From an uncultured Candidatus Peregrinibacteria bacterium (GTDB lineage Bacteria > Patescibacteriota > Gracilibacteria > UBA1369): a DNA stretch of 64,000 nucleotides. The stretch is from positions 3,833 to 67,832 of the forward strand of contig CALMAI010000004.1 in NCBI GenBank assembly GCA_937858825.1, written 5' to 3'. Under the pieces are notes generated by a model. That model worked only from the letters and a program-made list of their open reading frames with translations, did no database searches and was not told the DNA's origin. Below, piece by piece: positions 35,983-46,085 of the stretch (its first letter is position 1; every line of letters starts with the position of its first letter). The position numbers and the translations under genes are program-made.

Positions 35983-37722
35983 ATGACTGAATCTTTACGA
36001 AAATATTCCTTCATTTTTGTCATCAGCCTTTGCGCTGTGGCGATTTTGGGAGGATGCCAAACACAGGAACAAGGTGATATGCCTTCTATGCTGGAAACAG
36101 CTGAAGGAGTAAAAGCTGAAAGCTTTTTCCCGGAAGATACGGTTATGGCCATGAAGTTTGGCACTGACTCTTCTGATCAGAAAGAGAATCTGGATCGTTT
36201 GAAGACACTTTTCCCGCAAGATGGATTTAACTTTGTGATGGAAGAGTTGGCACGTGATTTTAATGCTGATTTTGAAGGATCCGGGGTAACTTTTGAGGAT
36301 GATCTTCTGCCGGCTCTTGGCGATGAATCAGAGGTTTTCCTTGGGTTTTTTGGGAATTTCAGTGCGGAAGAGGAACCGAATATTTTGGTGGTTCTTTCGC
36401 TGGCTCAACCGGAAAAATTTGTTGAATGGATGAGTACGGAGGTTGAAAATGGACAAGGTTCTATGCAGCCATATAAAGATTATGAAATTTATTCAGGCCC
36501 TGAATCTGATAGTTATATCGTTCACTATAAAGATGTTTTGGTAGTGGGAGATTCACTGGAAAATCTGACTGCCGCGCTTGATCGTGCTGATGCTGGGGCA
36601 ATATCGCTTCTTTCGAATGCGGGATATCAAAGAGGACTGGAGACTGTTGGCGATGGTGTTGCGTTTTTCTATATTGATCCAAGCTTTAGCGCAGACGTGT
36701 TAAAGAGTGATACTGCAGCTATGGAAGAGATGGGTGATATGGAGAACCTTATCAAAGTTTTGGAGGCTTTTGATGGTGAGATGTTCACTTTTGTTGCAGA
36801 GCCAAAGGGGCTTCGGATTAAAGGAACGGTTTATGGAGATCCGGAAAAATGGAAAGAACTGGAAAAAATTGGAAACTTTGATGTGATGCAGTCGTATCTT
36901 TATAAACAGGTTCCTGGTGATGGTATTGTGATGTATTCAGAAGGTTCTGGATTGAAGAAGAGCTTTAATGTACTTGGTGACTTTTATGGTTCGATTGAAG
37001 GGTACCAGGAAGGTATGAATCAGCTGAAGGCCGCGCTTGTATCACAGGGATTGGATCTGGAGGAGGATGTTTTGAGTTTTATGGATAAAGGCTACGCTTT
37101 CGCGCTCTATGATCAGGGAGGGATTATTCCTGGTCTTGGGATCTTTATTGACGCGAGTTCGAATCGTGATGGTGCTCTGAAAACGATGGGTGTTATTGCC
37201 CAGAATATTGAAGTTGGGTTGCAGTCTTTGCCACCTGAAGCAGAAGGTGTGATCGTCTTTGAAAAGAATGAGGATGGTAGCCAATATATGCTTGCTGTTG
37301 ATTTTTCTGCATTGCCGGAAGAGGAGGCAGTTGGTATTCCACCGCAAATTGCCGGGGAAAATATTGAGTTCCACTTTGGTGTAAATGATGACGATCTTGC
37401 CTACTTTGCTCTTTATTCAGGGTTTGGTGAAGAGTGGGGTACTGTTGCCGACAATGAAGCATTTACGGCAGCACTGGATATGATTCCGGGGTATGACAGA
37501 AGTGTTGGATATTTTGATATTGAAGGCATCATGGGGTACGTGGATCGTGTTATGCGATTTGCCATGGTTATGGAAGGTGGAAGTGAAGATGATGTGGATG
37601 CCATGACTGAGTATCAAATGGTGCGTGAATATCTTGCTCCGATGAAATCTCTGGTAATGGGTGGAGCAAAGGCGGGAGACAGCTCTGTTGAGCTGGAAGG
37701 ATTTGTGACAATTGGAGAGTAG
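35983..37722 (+). CDS. Large lipoprotein, DUF3352-like
   Basis: Lipobox 'AILGGC'. 579 aa, acidic, no catalytic motif. The DUF3352 resemblance is from memory only. Confidence 0.55.
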   Translation: MTESLRKYSFIFVISLCAVAILGGCQTQEQGDMPSMLETAEGVKAESFFPEDTVMAMKFGTDSSDQKENLDRLKTLFPQDGFNFVMEELARDFNADFEGSGVTFEDDLLPALGDESEVFLGFFGNFSAEEEPNILVVLSLAQPEKFVEWMSTEVENGQGSMQPYKDYEIYSGPESDSYIVHYKDVLVVGDSLENLTAALDRADAGAISLLSNAGYQRGLETVGDGVAFFYIDPSFSADVLKSDTAAMEEMGDMENLIKVLEAFDGEMFTFVAEPKGLRIKGTVYGDPEKWKELEKIGNFDVMQSYLYKQVPGDGIVMYSEGSGLKKSFNVLGDFYGSIEGYQEGMNQLKAALVSQGLDLEEDVLSFMDKGYAFALYDQGGIIPGLGIFIDASSNRDGALKTMGVIAQNIEVGLQSLPPEAEGVIVFEKNEDGSQYMLAVDFSALPEEEAVGIPPQIAGENIEFHFGVNDDDLAYFALYSGFGEEWGTVADNEAFTAALDMIPGYDRSVGYFDIEGIMGYVDRVMRFAMVMEGGSEDDVDAMTEYQMVREYLAPMKSLVMGGAKAGDSSVELEGFVTIGE

Positions 37723-37744
37723 AGTTTATTGTTGTAACTCAAAA

Positions 37745-37778
37745 GGAAGCCTGGCCATATGGCCAGGCTTCCTTTTTT
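37745..37778. terminator. Bidirectional rho-independent terminator
   Basis: Perfect 12-bp stem GGAAGCCTGGCC / GGCCAGGCTTCC with an ATAT loop, AAAA upstream and TTTTTT downstream. It lies between convergent genes. Confidence 0.9.
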
Positions 37779-37801
37779 GCAATCAAGAATATCTTCTTGG
37801 A

Positions 37802-38500
37802 TTATTCCATCTTGTTTAATTCACAACCGTAAAAGTAACCAACGGTAGTGTAATTTGAAACGCTTGATGGAGCGTTAAATGCAATAGAAATGTCTGTTGT
37901 AGAACTTGGAGCCTGGAACGCGTACAGCATGTGTCCATTTTCTAATCCTGGATAGCTAACGTTTCCGTTTCGTACAGCGGCAACCTGAGCTTGATTTTGA
38001 GGGGCTACTGAACAGTCAAGAACGTATATGCCGTTTTGGTCTGTCGGATAGCGAAGGTCAACGGTTGATATGTAACCTTTCGTAATGGTGTATTGACCAT
38101 TAGGTCGTCCGCTGGCAGAGCCGAGAAATTGTGATAGCGGTTCTGCTTTTTTGATTTCAGCGCCGCCTTGATGACGTGGCGCAACAGGAGTAAGGCTTAC
38201 GCCACTTGATGGCGCGAGTACTGAAGAGGTAAGGTTTGCTGATTTTACAGCATTTTGGTAGCTGATCGCACGGGTTGAGTCATCCAACTTCACAGGTTCT
38301 TCTGAAACAGAAGTAGAGGAAGTGGTAGTCATTGTTGTTCCAGTTGTGTCGCTTGTATCAGTTGTAGTTGATCTGGTAGTGGATGAAGAGCTGAGCTTGA
38401 GGTAACCCTGAAGGTTTTGGCTTCCTCCAAAGTAGGCTGCGGCTCCAGCGACAATGACCAAACCAATTACTATTGGAAGAATGATTTTTTTGTTTTTCAT
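37802..38500 (-). CDS. Hypothetical membrane-anchored protein with Ser/Thr-rich linker
   Basis: N-terminal TM (IILPIVIGLVIVAGAAAYF), a 'SSSTTRSTTTDTSDTTGTTMTTTSSTS' linker and a C-terminal globular domain. Confidence 0.65.
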   Translation of the reverse strand: MKNKKIILPIVIGLVIVAGAAAYFGGSQNLQGYLKLSSSSTTRSTTTDTSDTTGTTMTTTSSTSVSEEPVKLDDSTRAISYQNAVKSANLTSSVLAPSSGVSLTPVAPRHQGGAEIKKAEPLSQFLGSASGRPNGQYTITKGYISTVDLRYPTDQNGIYVLDCSVAPQNQAQVAAVRNGNVSYPGLENGHMLYAFQAPSSTTDISIAFNAPSSVSNYTTVGYFYGCELNKME

Positions 38501-38584
38501 TTTTTGGGGATAAAGAAATTTTATATTCCTTTAACTATACCATATTATTCAATATGGCGCAACTTTAGGGGTGATGATTTGGAT

Positions 38585-38658
38585 TGGCAGGGCCAGGAGG
38601 AATCGAACCCCCGCCAGAGGTTTTGGAGACCTCTGTACTACCACTATACGATGGCCCT
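38585..38658 (-). tRNA. tRNA-Trp (anticodon CCA), CCA encoded
   Basis: Reverse complement AGGGCCA...GAGGT-CTCCAAA-ACCTC...GGGGGTTCGATTCCTCC-TGGCCCT-G-CCA. Closely resembles E. coli tRNA-Trp. Confidence 0.9.
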
Positions 38659-38708
38659 TTGTTTGAAGCACGGGTATGGTATATTGCCGTGAGCTTTCTT
38701 GCAACTCT

Positions 38709-40967
38709 TTACGCCTTATCTGGTGGAATTCCCAGGTAGTCGTAGAGGTATGCCGCGATGTCAGAGAAGAGGAAAGCAGAGGTTTCACCGGCCCATTCGC
38801 TGGAACGCGGTCGATCGAATTTAACAATGAGGACAAATTTTGGATTGTCGACAGGCCCAAATCCGGCGACGGAAGCGATGGTTGTTCCTGCTCCGGAGAG
38901 TGGTTTTCCGTTTTTATATGTTTGGGATGTTCCTGTTTTGGCGGCAATGTAGTGATTGTCGACTTGGGCATTGTTGGCTACACCATTTTCGACAGCGCTG
39001 GTGAGCATGGCGGTGACCTGGGTGGCAGTTTCTTCGGTGATAACTTTGTGGATTGGCGTGACTTGTGTTTCGGTTACTCGGCCATTTTTTTCGATAATTT
39101 TATCAACGATATGAGGCTGCATCAGCTGCCCACCGTTGGCGATAACGGAATAGGCGGCGGCCATTTGGAGCGGTGTTGTGGTAAGACCTTGTCCGAACGC
39201 GTGGGTGACGAGTTCACTATCGGCCCATTGGTTAAAGTGCGCGACTTTTCCCGGATGTTCATTGTCGAATTCGATACCGGTTCGTTCACCGAATCCAAAT
39301 TTAAGAATGTAGCTGTGGAACAGGTTTCGGCCCATTTTTTGGGCTACCCATCCAACTCCGGTGTTACAAGAGTTTTCGAGTACGTTCACCATGGTGACGT
39401 AGCCGGTACATTTGTCGGAAACGTTGGTGATTTCGTATTCATCCACATGGAGAACTCCAGGATCTGAGAAGGCTGTTTGAGGAGTGACATCTTTGTCGTC
39501 AATGGCGCTGGCCATGGTGATGGTCTTGAAGATGGATCCTGGTTCGTATGGGGAAGCAACGATTTTGTTTTGGTAGGCTTCCAGGCCGATCCAGTTTTTA
39601 TACCGTTTGTAGATGTAGAAGACATTGCCATTTTCGTCTTCCACCTGTTCACGCATTACTTTGTAGCGATCGTGGGCAACAACGTTGCGGTAGAACCAGA
39701 AAGAGTCTTCTTCACCTTCGATTGGTATGAGTGATTCAACCTCTTCCGGAGTGAGAGCGATCTCTTCGGTGTCGAGCGCGGCGCTAAAATTATTGGGATC
39801 AAAGCTTGGGTAGTGTGCCATGGCCATGATTCGTCCGGTGTTTGGATCCATAACAATAACCTGTCCGCTGTCTGCCCGGTAGGCCTCGACGGCGCGTGCG
39901 AGCATGCTTTCGATGGTCATTTGCATGGATCGGTCGATAGTGAGGACAATGTCATCACCGTCCTGCGCAGGTTCGATGACGCTGTCTCCAACTGTAATTT
40001 GTCGGCCGTAAATACTTCCGTCACGTTGAGTCTGGAAAACACCTTTCTTTCCCTGTAGTTGAGTGTTGTATTTGCTTTCGATTCCGTATTGGCCAAGTCC
40101 GCTTGGAGTCACGAATCCAAGGGCGTTGGCGGCCAGTTCGGCCTCCGGATAGAAGCGGTAGTACTCTTCCTGAAGTCCAAGGCCAAAGAAGTTTTTGTTT
40201 TCATCCTCCTCTATGAGCTGCCGGATTTCTGCGGAAACTTCCGGGTCGATTTTTTTGGCGAGAATCACGTAGCGATTTTTCCCGGCCAGAATCTGTTCCA
40301 GGCGATTTGGAGTGATGTCCATGTAGTTGCTCAGGACTGACGCGGTGTATTCGATGTTGGAAATTTTTGGTGGATAGGCGAAAAGTTGGCCGTCGATGAC
40401 TTCGACTCCGACCAGGCCTTGTTTGCTGATTTCGTTGAGTGTTTCCTCTGGAAGGGGATCAAAGAAGATTTGTGGACGGACGGTTTGGCCGATGCTGTCG
40501 AAAATGTTTTGATAGAACTGAGTGTAGAGTTCTTCGTCGGTGAGCTCTTTGATTTTTTCCCGGTCTTCCGGAGTTTGGGCGCGCTTGATTTCCTGCTGGA
40601 CGCGTTGTTCGTCTTTTTGTCGTTCAGTTTCGAGGTTGAAAATGAGTGGAGCTATGCGATCCGCGACTATTTTTGGATCTTTGATGAGTGTCGGATCTGC
40701 GTAGAGGGTATCGAGCGTGACGTTCGTGGCCACGCGGACGGTCTCTCCAGAGGCATAGTCCTGAATGAAAATTTCTCCGCGGCGGGCAGGAAGTTCCGTG
40801 TAACCGTAGTGTTCTTTGGCTGCCACTTCCTGGTAGAAACTGTGTCGCATCACCTGGAGGAAGAACAGCCGCATGGCAATCACCCCCACAATAATAACCA
40901 CCAGCACCCGTAGTGCGGTTATTTTCGTGGATGGATCGGTCCCATACTGCTTTCTTCTGCTTACCAT
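38709..40967 (-). CDS. Class B penicillin-binding protein (PBP2/FtsI-type peptidoglycan D,D-transpeptidase)
   Basis: 752 aa. N-terminal TM, PBP dimerisation domain, and SxxK 'GSIFKTITMA', SxN 'NSCNTG' and KTG 'KTGTSQ'. Confidence 0.92.
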   Translation of the reverse strand: MVSRRKQYGTDPSTKITALRVLVVIIVGVIAMRLFFLQVMRHSFYQEVAAKEHYGYTELPARRGEIFIQDYASGETVRVATNVTLDTLYADPTLIKDPKIVADRIAPLIFNLETERQKDEQRVQQEIKRAQTPEDREKIKELTDEELYTQFYQNIFDSIGQTVRPQIFFDPLPEETLNEISKQGLVGVEVIDGQLFAYPPKISNIEYTASVLSNYMDITPNRLEQILAGKNRYVILAKKIDPEVSAEIRQLIEEDENKNFFGLGLQEEYYRFYPEAELAANALGFVTPSGLGQYGIESKYNTQLQGKKGVFQTQRDGSIYGRQITVGDSVIEPAQDGDDIVLTIDRSMQMTIESMLARAVEAYRADSGQVIVMDPNTGRIMAMAHYPSFDPNNFSAALDTEEIALTPEEVESLIPIEGEEDSFWFYRNVVAHDRYKVMREQVEDENGNVFYIYKRYKNWIGLEAYQNKIVASPYEPGSIFKTITMASAIDDKDVTPQTAFSDPGVLHVDEYEITNVSDKCTGYVTMVNVLENSCNTGVGWVAQKMGRNLFHSYILKFGFGERTGIEFDNEHPGKVAHFNQWADSELVTHAFGQGLTTTPLQMAAAYSVIANGGQLMQPHIVDKIIEKNGRVTETQVTPIHKVITEETATQVTAMLTSAVENGVANNAQVDNHYIAAKTGTSQTYKNGKPLSGAGTTIASVAGFGPVDNPKFVLIVKFDRPRSSEWAGETSAFLFSDIAAYLYDYLGIPPDKA

Positions 40968-41056
40968 GTGGGTTTCATCGTGCGGTTATGCTGTGAGAGC
41001 ATCCCGCTTAAATATGGATTCTTATTATACTCATTTGGTGGTGAAAAGAAAGAGCT

Positions 41057-41644
41057 TCACTCTTCCTTGAAAGTAAGAGTGGCAAGCGCTTCATCAAACA
41101 TTTGTTCTACTTTTTCCGGGTCACCTTGATCGGTCGTGATTGTCCACAGTCTGAAATAGCGACCATCCCGCTCGAAGGCGTAGTAGAAGCCATAAGTTTC
41201 TCCTTCAAGGTCGTCCTGGGATCTTCCCAGCATGTTGGTTTCGTATTTTATGCCTTCCGCTCCGTCAATGGTGACGTCAACATTGTTGGCCATAACTCCA
41301 CAAAGCTCAGATTGAGTGCAAATGGTGTAGTTTCTTTCACTTTCGATATCAAAGGGACTTTTTTCGTTTTCTTTTTGTTCGATCATGAAGTTGATCCTTT
41401 CAAAATCGCCTTCATTTTTAGGGATGATGGCTCTGTCTGTGCTTTTATCTACTGGTGCCGGAAGAGTGAGTGAAAAATATTCGTTTTCGAAACGATGGGC
41501 TGGGTCGTTTGGGTCAATGAGTGGCGGGTTTGATAATGTTGTGTTTTGTGAATCGTTTTGTTCCTGTGATTCTGGTTGAGCGGCGCATCCTCCTATTATG
41601 ACTGTTGCCAGCATTCCTATGATGAGTAATTGTGAAAATTTCAT
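41057..41644 (-). CDS. Hypothetical lipoprotein (PsbP/DUF1795-like fold?)
   Basis: Lipobox 'VIIGGCAA'. 195 aa. No catalytic motif recognised. Confidence 0.6.
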   Translation of the reverse strand: MKFSQLLIIGMLATVIIGGCAAQPESQEQNDSQNTTLSNPPLIDPNDPAHRFENEYFSLTLPAPVDKSTDRAIIPKNEGDFERINFMIEQKENEKSPFDIESERNYTICTQSELCGVMANNVDVTIDGAEGIKYETNMLGRSQDDLEGETYGFYYAFERDGRYFRLWTITTDQGDPEKVEQMFDEALATLTFKEE

Positions 41645-41750
41645 AATTTTTGTCTAAGAAATAGCACTCTAACGGTATCAGTTTTTTCTTTTTTTGGCGA
41701 CTGTTTCGCTTGTGGTAGACTACCCGTGTTTGGATTTTTAATTTCTCTTT

Positions 41751-43019
41751 ATGTATAAAAAAACGACGTTCGATAATGGTTTGCGTGTGATTACAAAGTC
41801 TCTTGAGAGTACAAAGGCTGTTACGGTTTTAATTTTAGTGGGTGCAGGATCGCGGTATGAAACAAAGGAGATTAATGGGCTCTCTCACTTTCTGGAACAT
41901 ATGTTCTTTAAGGGGGCCAAGAAATACACAAATACCAAAGAGGTTTCTGAAGCGATTGATAGTGTTGGAGGGAGTTTTAACGCGTTCACCGGAAAGGAGT
42001 ATGTTGGCTATTATGTAAAGGTGGCATCCAAAAATCAGGATACGGCGCTGGATGTTTTGGCAGATATGCTTTTGAATTCAAAGTTTGATCCGGAAGAGAT
42101 TGATCGGGAACGAGGTGTGATTATGGAGGAGTATAATATGTATCAGGACACGCCAATGCAGCAGATTGGATGGGATTTTGAAGAGTTGGTGTATGGCGAT
42201 CAGCCAATGGGATGGGATCAGGTTGGGACCAAAGAGGTGATTCATTCGGTTACCCGGGAAGATTTTATTGCTTATGAAGAAAAGCTTTATTCGCCGGATA
42301 ATATTGTGATTTCGGTTGCGGGAGACGTGGATCATGAAGAGATAGTCGAGAAGATCAAGAATCTTTTTCAGTTTAAAGATACAAAAAAACAGTATCAGGC
42401 TCATCCGGTTCAGGATTTGCCACGGGAAAAATCTGTGCGACTAAGAAACAAGAAGACTGAACAAGGACATTTAATGCTTGGAGTTCCCGGTTATCCGGAA
42501 AGACATCCCGACCATTATGCGCTCAAGATGCTCACGATTGTTTTGGGTGGAAATATGAGTTCGCGGATGTTCCTTTCTGTGCGTGAGCGTCAGGGACTGG
42601 CTTACTATATTAGTACTTCAAGTGATGATTATAGTGATACCGGAACGGTTTCCACGAATGCTGGTGTTTCGGTTGATGGAATCGATCAGGCTATTACCGC
42701 TATCTTAAAGGAGTATAAAGAGGTGGTAGATAATCCTGTTGATGAAAAGGAGCTCCACAAAGCCAAAGAGTATTTGAAGGGAAAGTTGATCCTTCGGCTG
42801 GAAGATAGTGAGGAGTACGCCCATCTGATTGGGAAATATGAGGTTCTTTATGATGAGCAGATGTTGATGGAGAAGATTTTTGAAGAGGTGGATAGGGTAA
42901 CGGTTGAGGATTTGCAACGTGTTGCCAAGGATCTTTTCAAGGAAGATAAGCTGTTTTTGTCTGTTATTGGACCATATGACGATGAAGAAAGATTTGCGAA
43001 GTTGTTGAAATTTGAGTAG
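41751..43019 (+). CDS. M16 family (insulinase/pitrilysin-like) zinc peptidase
   Basis: Inverted zinc motif 'GLSHFLEHMFFKG' (HxxEH) and a downstream 'ERGVIMEE' Glu. Confidence 0.9.
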   Translation: MYKKTTFDNGLRVITKSLESTKAVTVLILVGAGSRYETKEINGLSHFLEHMFFKGAKKYTNTKEVSEAIDSVGGSFNAFTGKEYVGYYVKVASKNQDTALDVLADMLLNSKFDPEEIDRERGVIMEEYNMYQDTPMQQIGWDFEELVYGDQPMGWDQVGTKEVIHSVTREDFIAYEEKLYSPDNIVISVAGDVDHEEIVEKIKNLFQFKDTKKQYQAHPVQDLPREKSVRLRNKKTEQGHLMLGVPGYPERHPDHYALKMLTIVLGGNMSSRMFLSVRERQGLAYYISTSSDDYSDTGTVSTNAGVSVDGIDQAITAILKEYKEVVDNPVDEKELHKAKEYLKGKLILRLEDSEEYAHLIGKYEVLYDEQMLMEKIFEEVDRVTVEDLQRVAKDLFKEDKLFLSVIGPYDDEERFAKLLKFE

Positions 43020-43051
43020 ATTTCGATCTTAACTTTTTTCTTTCTTTCATT

Positions 43052-43838
43052 ATGAGTCGGACTTTGTTCATGTGTCCTCCCGAATATTTTAATGTGGAGT
43101 ACGCGATTAATCCTTATATGAATCTTGATGTGCCGGTTGATAAGGAGTTGGCGATGCGTCAGTGGCAAACGTTGAAACGTGTGTATGAGGAGTTGGGGGC
43201 AAAAGTTTTTGAGATACCGGCTCAGCCTGGTTTGCCAGATATGACTTTTGCGGCGAACTGTGGGCATTTGGAAGGGGATGTCTTTTTGCGGGCAAATTTT
43301 CGGTATGATGTTCGGAAGCCGGAGGCCGGACATGCCGCAGAGTTTTTCCAGAAAAAGAGCCGAACAGTGGTGACTTTGCCTGGTGATGTGGTTTTTGAAG
43401 GCCAGGGAGATACGATTCCATACGGAAAGGATGCTCTTTTTATGGGTTATGGAAAAAGGACAACAAAAAATGCGATGAAAAAATTGGCTGGAATGTCCAA
43501 AAAGAAGGTTTATCCTGTGGCTCTATCCAACGATAAATTTTATCATCTGGATACTTGTTTTGGTCCATTGAATGAGGAGCCGGGCGGCTTTTGGTTCTGA
43601 ACAGATAGATCTTATAGAATCGACTTTTTCTGATGTGATTTATACGAATGAGCAGGATGATCTTGTTTTGGCTCCGAACCTGGTGGTGATTGGAGAGACG
43701 GTTGTTATGGGAGATGGTTTTTCTGATGAGCTTGGGAAGGCGATTGAGCAGAGGGGTTTGAAAGTTGAGGGGGTTGATCTGAGTGAATTTTTGAAATCGG
43801 GAGGAAGTGCAAAGTGTTTGACGCTTGAGGAGTGTTAA
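43052..43838 (+). pseudogene. Amidinotransferase/DDAH-superfamily gene interrupted by a single +1 frameshift
   Basis: ORF 43052..43600 (…FYHLDTCFGPLNEEPGGFWF*) and ORF 43572..43838 (…AAFGSEQIDLIE…SEFLKSGGSAKCLTLEEC) are the two halves of one family member. Removing one G from GGG at 43582-84 restores …PLNEEPAAFGSEQ…. Confidence 0.75.
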
Positions 43839-43883
43839 ATCTTCTAGTATCATTTCCGCGATCATTATTTAAGAAACATAACT

Positions 43884-44372
43884 ATGGCACTTGTATTTGA
43901 TGGAATTAAAGAAAAGACTCTTGTTCTGATTAAGCCAGATGGGATTCAGCGAGGTTTGGTGGGTGAGGTGATGAAGCGGTTTGAGCAAAAAGGTTTGAAG
44001 GTTGTCGGAATGAAGATGATGTCTCTTGATGAGGCGGTTTTGCGTGAGCACTATGCTCATATTGCGGATAAACCATTTTTCCCGGGAGTGAGCAAATTTA
44101 TGCAGAGCTCTCCAGTAATTGCCATCTGTCTGGAAGGATTGGAAGTTGTCCAGGCTGTGCGAATTCTTTGTGGAATTACCAAAGCCCGCGAAGCGGAAGC
44201 TGGCTCTATCCGTGGTGACCTGGCTATGAGTGTGGCGTGTAATGTTGTTCATGCTTCAGACTCTGTTGAAACCGCGATGAAAGAGGTCCCACGCTTCTTC
44301 AATCCAGATGAAATCTTCTCATACGATAAGAGTGAATTCGTGAACGTCTACACAGAAGACGAGCGTGAGTAA
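43884..44372 (+). CDS. ndk: Nucleoside diphosphate kinase
   Basis: 'TLVLIKPDGIQRGLVGEVMKRFEQKGLKVVGMKMM' and 'NVVHASDS' (active-site His). Confidence 0.93.
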   Translation: MALVFDGIKEKTLVLIKPDGIQRGLVGEVMKRFEQKGLKVVGMKMMSLDEAVLREHYAHIADKPFFPGVSKFMQSSPVIAICLEGLEVVQAVRILCGITKAREAEAGSIRGDLAMSVACNVVHASDSVETAMKEVPRFFNPDEIFSYDKSEFVNVYTEDERE

Positions 44373-44393
44373 ACGGGACTTTATCCGGAATAC

Positions 44394-45785
44394 ATGCCAT
44401 TTGTGAGGCTGGAATATCGGCGGCAACCTATACAAGAGGGGCAGACGCCCCAGGCTTTTTTTGATCATGTGCAGGGCGAGTACGCATGTTTGCTGGAGAG
44501 TGGAAAGCACGGAAGGTATTCGTATGTGGCGTATGATCCGTTTGCGGTTTTGTGGATGGACGCTACCCAGCGCGAGATGGTTCAGGTTTTGCAGTTGAAA
44601 GATTTTTTTGGAGAGCCCCGATCGAAAGCGCAGATTTTGGAGAAAGGAGAGGAGTGGCCGGTTTTGGAGATGCTGGAAAAGTTTGAGTTAAAGGCTCAAT
44701 CGCCGGTACCTTTTTGTGGTGGGGCGGCGGGGTATATGAGCTACGATTATGGATGTCGATTTGTGGGAGTGAATCAGAAAGTTTTCGATGATGTGGGTAT
44801 CCCATCCTATGTTTTTGGCATGTATGACAAGGTAATTGCCTTTGATCATGAAGAGAATCAGATTTACTTTTTGGCAATTGGGGAAACAGATGTTGCGGCT
44901 CAGCGAAAATTGGACGAGATGGAGCGTGATCTTGAAAAGCCGATTCCGTTCGCGAGAAAGGGTTCTATGGGGATGTTGAGTTCGAATGTGAGTCAGGAAA
45001 CCTATGTAAGGAAGGTTAAAAAAGTTCAGGAGTATTTGAAGAGTGGAGATACGTATCAGGTAAATTTTTCACAGCGGTTTAGTGGTGATTGTTCGCTTGA
45101 TCCATGGACAGTGTACAAGCGATTGGCCCAGCAGAATCCGTCACCATTTGCCTGCTATTTTGACTATCCGGATTTTCAGATTGTGAGCTGTTCGCCGGAA
45201 CTTTTACTCCGAAAACGAGGGATGAAAGTTGAATCCTGGCCGATAAAAGGGACGGTTGCCCGTGGGAGAAATCCGCAGGAAGATGAGAAAAATACTCAGG
45301 AGTTGATTGATTCGGTTAAGGATGATGCGGAACTTTCTATGATTGTTGATTTGGTGCGAAACGATTTGGGGAAAGTGTGTGAAGTTGGTTCGGTTGAGGT
45401 GCAGGCGCACCGCGATGTTGAACACTATTCGCATGTGATTCATACAGTGTCACGGGTGAGCGGGAAACTTGAGAAAAAGCGAACTTTTTTTGAATTGATG
45501 CAAGCTCTTTTCCCTGGGGGGTCGATTACCGGATGTCCAAAGAAGCGGACTATGGAAATTATTGATGAACTGGAGGATTTTAAGCGTGGCGTATATACAG
45601 GATCAGCGGGATTTATTAGTTTCCTGGGTGAAAGTGACTTTAATATTTTGATTCGAACCATGCTCCATAAAGATGGGAAAGTTCACTTTCATGCGGGTGG
45701 GGGGATTGTGATCGATTCGGATCCAGAAAAGGAGTATCAGGAGACGCTTGACAAAATTGAAGCACTCCGTGCAGTGCTTGACTAA
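44394..45785 (+). CDS. pabB: Aminodeoxychorismate synthase component I (chorismate-binding enzyme)
   Basis: 'GDTYQVNFSQRF', 'SCSPELLLR', 'IKGT..RG', 'LFPGGSITGCPKKRTMEIIDELE' and 'RGVYTGSAGF'. Assigned PabB rather than TrpE from the folate-gene context. Confidence 0.8.
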   Translation: MPFVRLEYRRQPIQEGQTPQAFFDHVQGEYACLLESGKHGRYSYVAYDPFAVLWMDATQREMVQVLQLKDFFGEPRSKAQILEKGEEWPVLEMLEKFELKAQSPVPFCGGAAGYMSYDYGCRFVGVNQKVFDDVGIPSYVFGMYDKVIAFDHEENQIYFLAIGETDVAAQRKLDEMERDLEKPIPFARKGSMGMLSSNVSQETYVRKVKKVQEYLKSGDTYQVNFSQRFSGDCSLDPWTVYKRLAQQNPSPFACYFDYPDFQIVSCSPELLLRKRGMKVESWPIKGTVARGRNPQEDEKNTQELIDSVKDDAELSMIVDLVRNDLGKVCEVGSVEVQAHRDVEHYSHVIHTVSRVSGKLEKKRTFFELMQALFPGGSITGCPKKRTMEIIDELEDFKRGVYTGSAGFISFLGESDFNILIRTMLHKDGKVHFHAGGGIVIDSDPEKEYQETLDKIEALRAVLD

Positions 45786-45854
45786 GCTAGAGGTTGATTT
45801 TTTATTTCAGAGGGGTACAATACTTGGTGATTTTGTCATTAATTTTTCACTTTT

Positions 45855-46076
45855 ATGAAAGAAGATTCTACGATTCCTCCTGCAAACGATACAGAACCGG
45901 GAAAATCCGACTCCAATGATGTTTTTATTGATTTGGACTGGGATGATGAAGAAGAAAACAAGCCGACCCAGATTGTTGATATGAACGAAATTATGAAGGA
46001 TATTGACCGTGAACAGTTCAAGACAAAAGAACAAATACAACGACATGGTATAATTCTTCCGCCAGAGTTGTATTAA
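45855..46076 (+). CDS. Small acidic hypothetical protein
   Basis: 73 aa in the pabB-pabC gap. Highly acidic (DLDWDDEEENK). Coding status uncertain. Confidence 0.35.
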   Translation: MKEDSTIPPANDTEPGKSDSNDVFIDLDWDDEEENKPTQIVDMNEIMKDIDREQFKTKEQIQRHGIILPPELY

Positions 46077-46085
46077 GAAAACTGC

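Noticed and set aside
43572-43600. Programmed ribosomal frameshifting in the amidinotransferase gene.
   Set aside because: There is no slippery X_XXY_YYZ heptamer or downstream pseudoknot at the junction. The break is explained by one extra G in a GGG run, so a pseudogene or sequencing error is more parsimonious.
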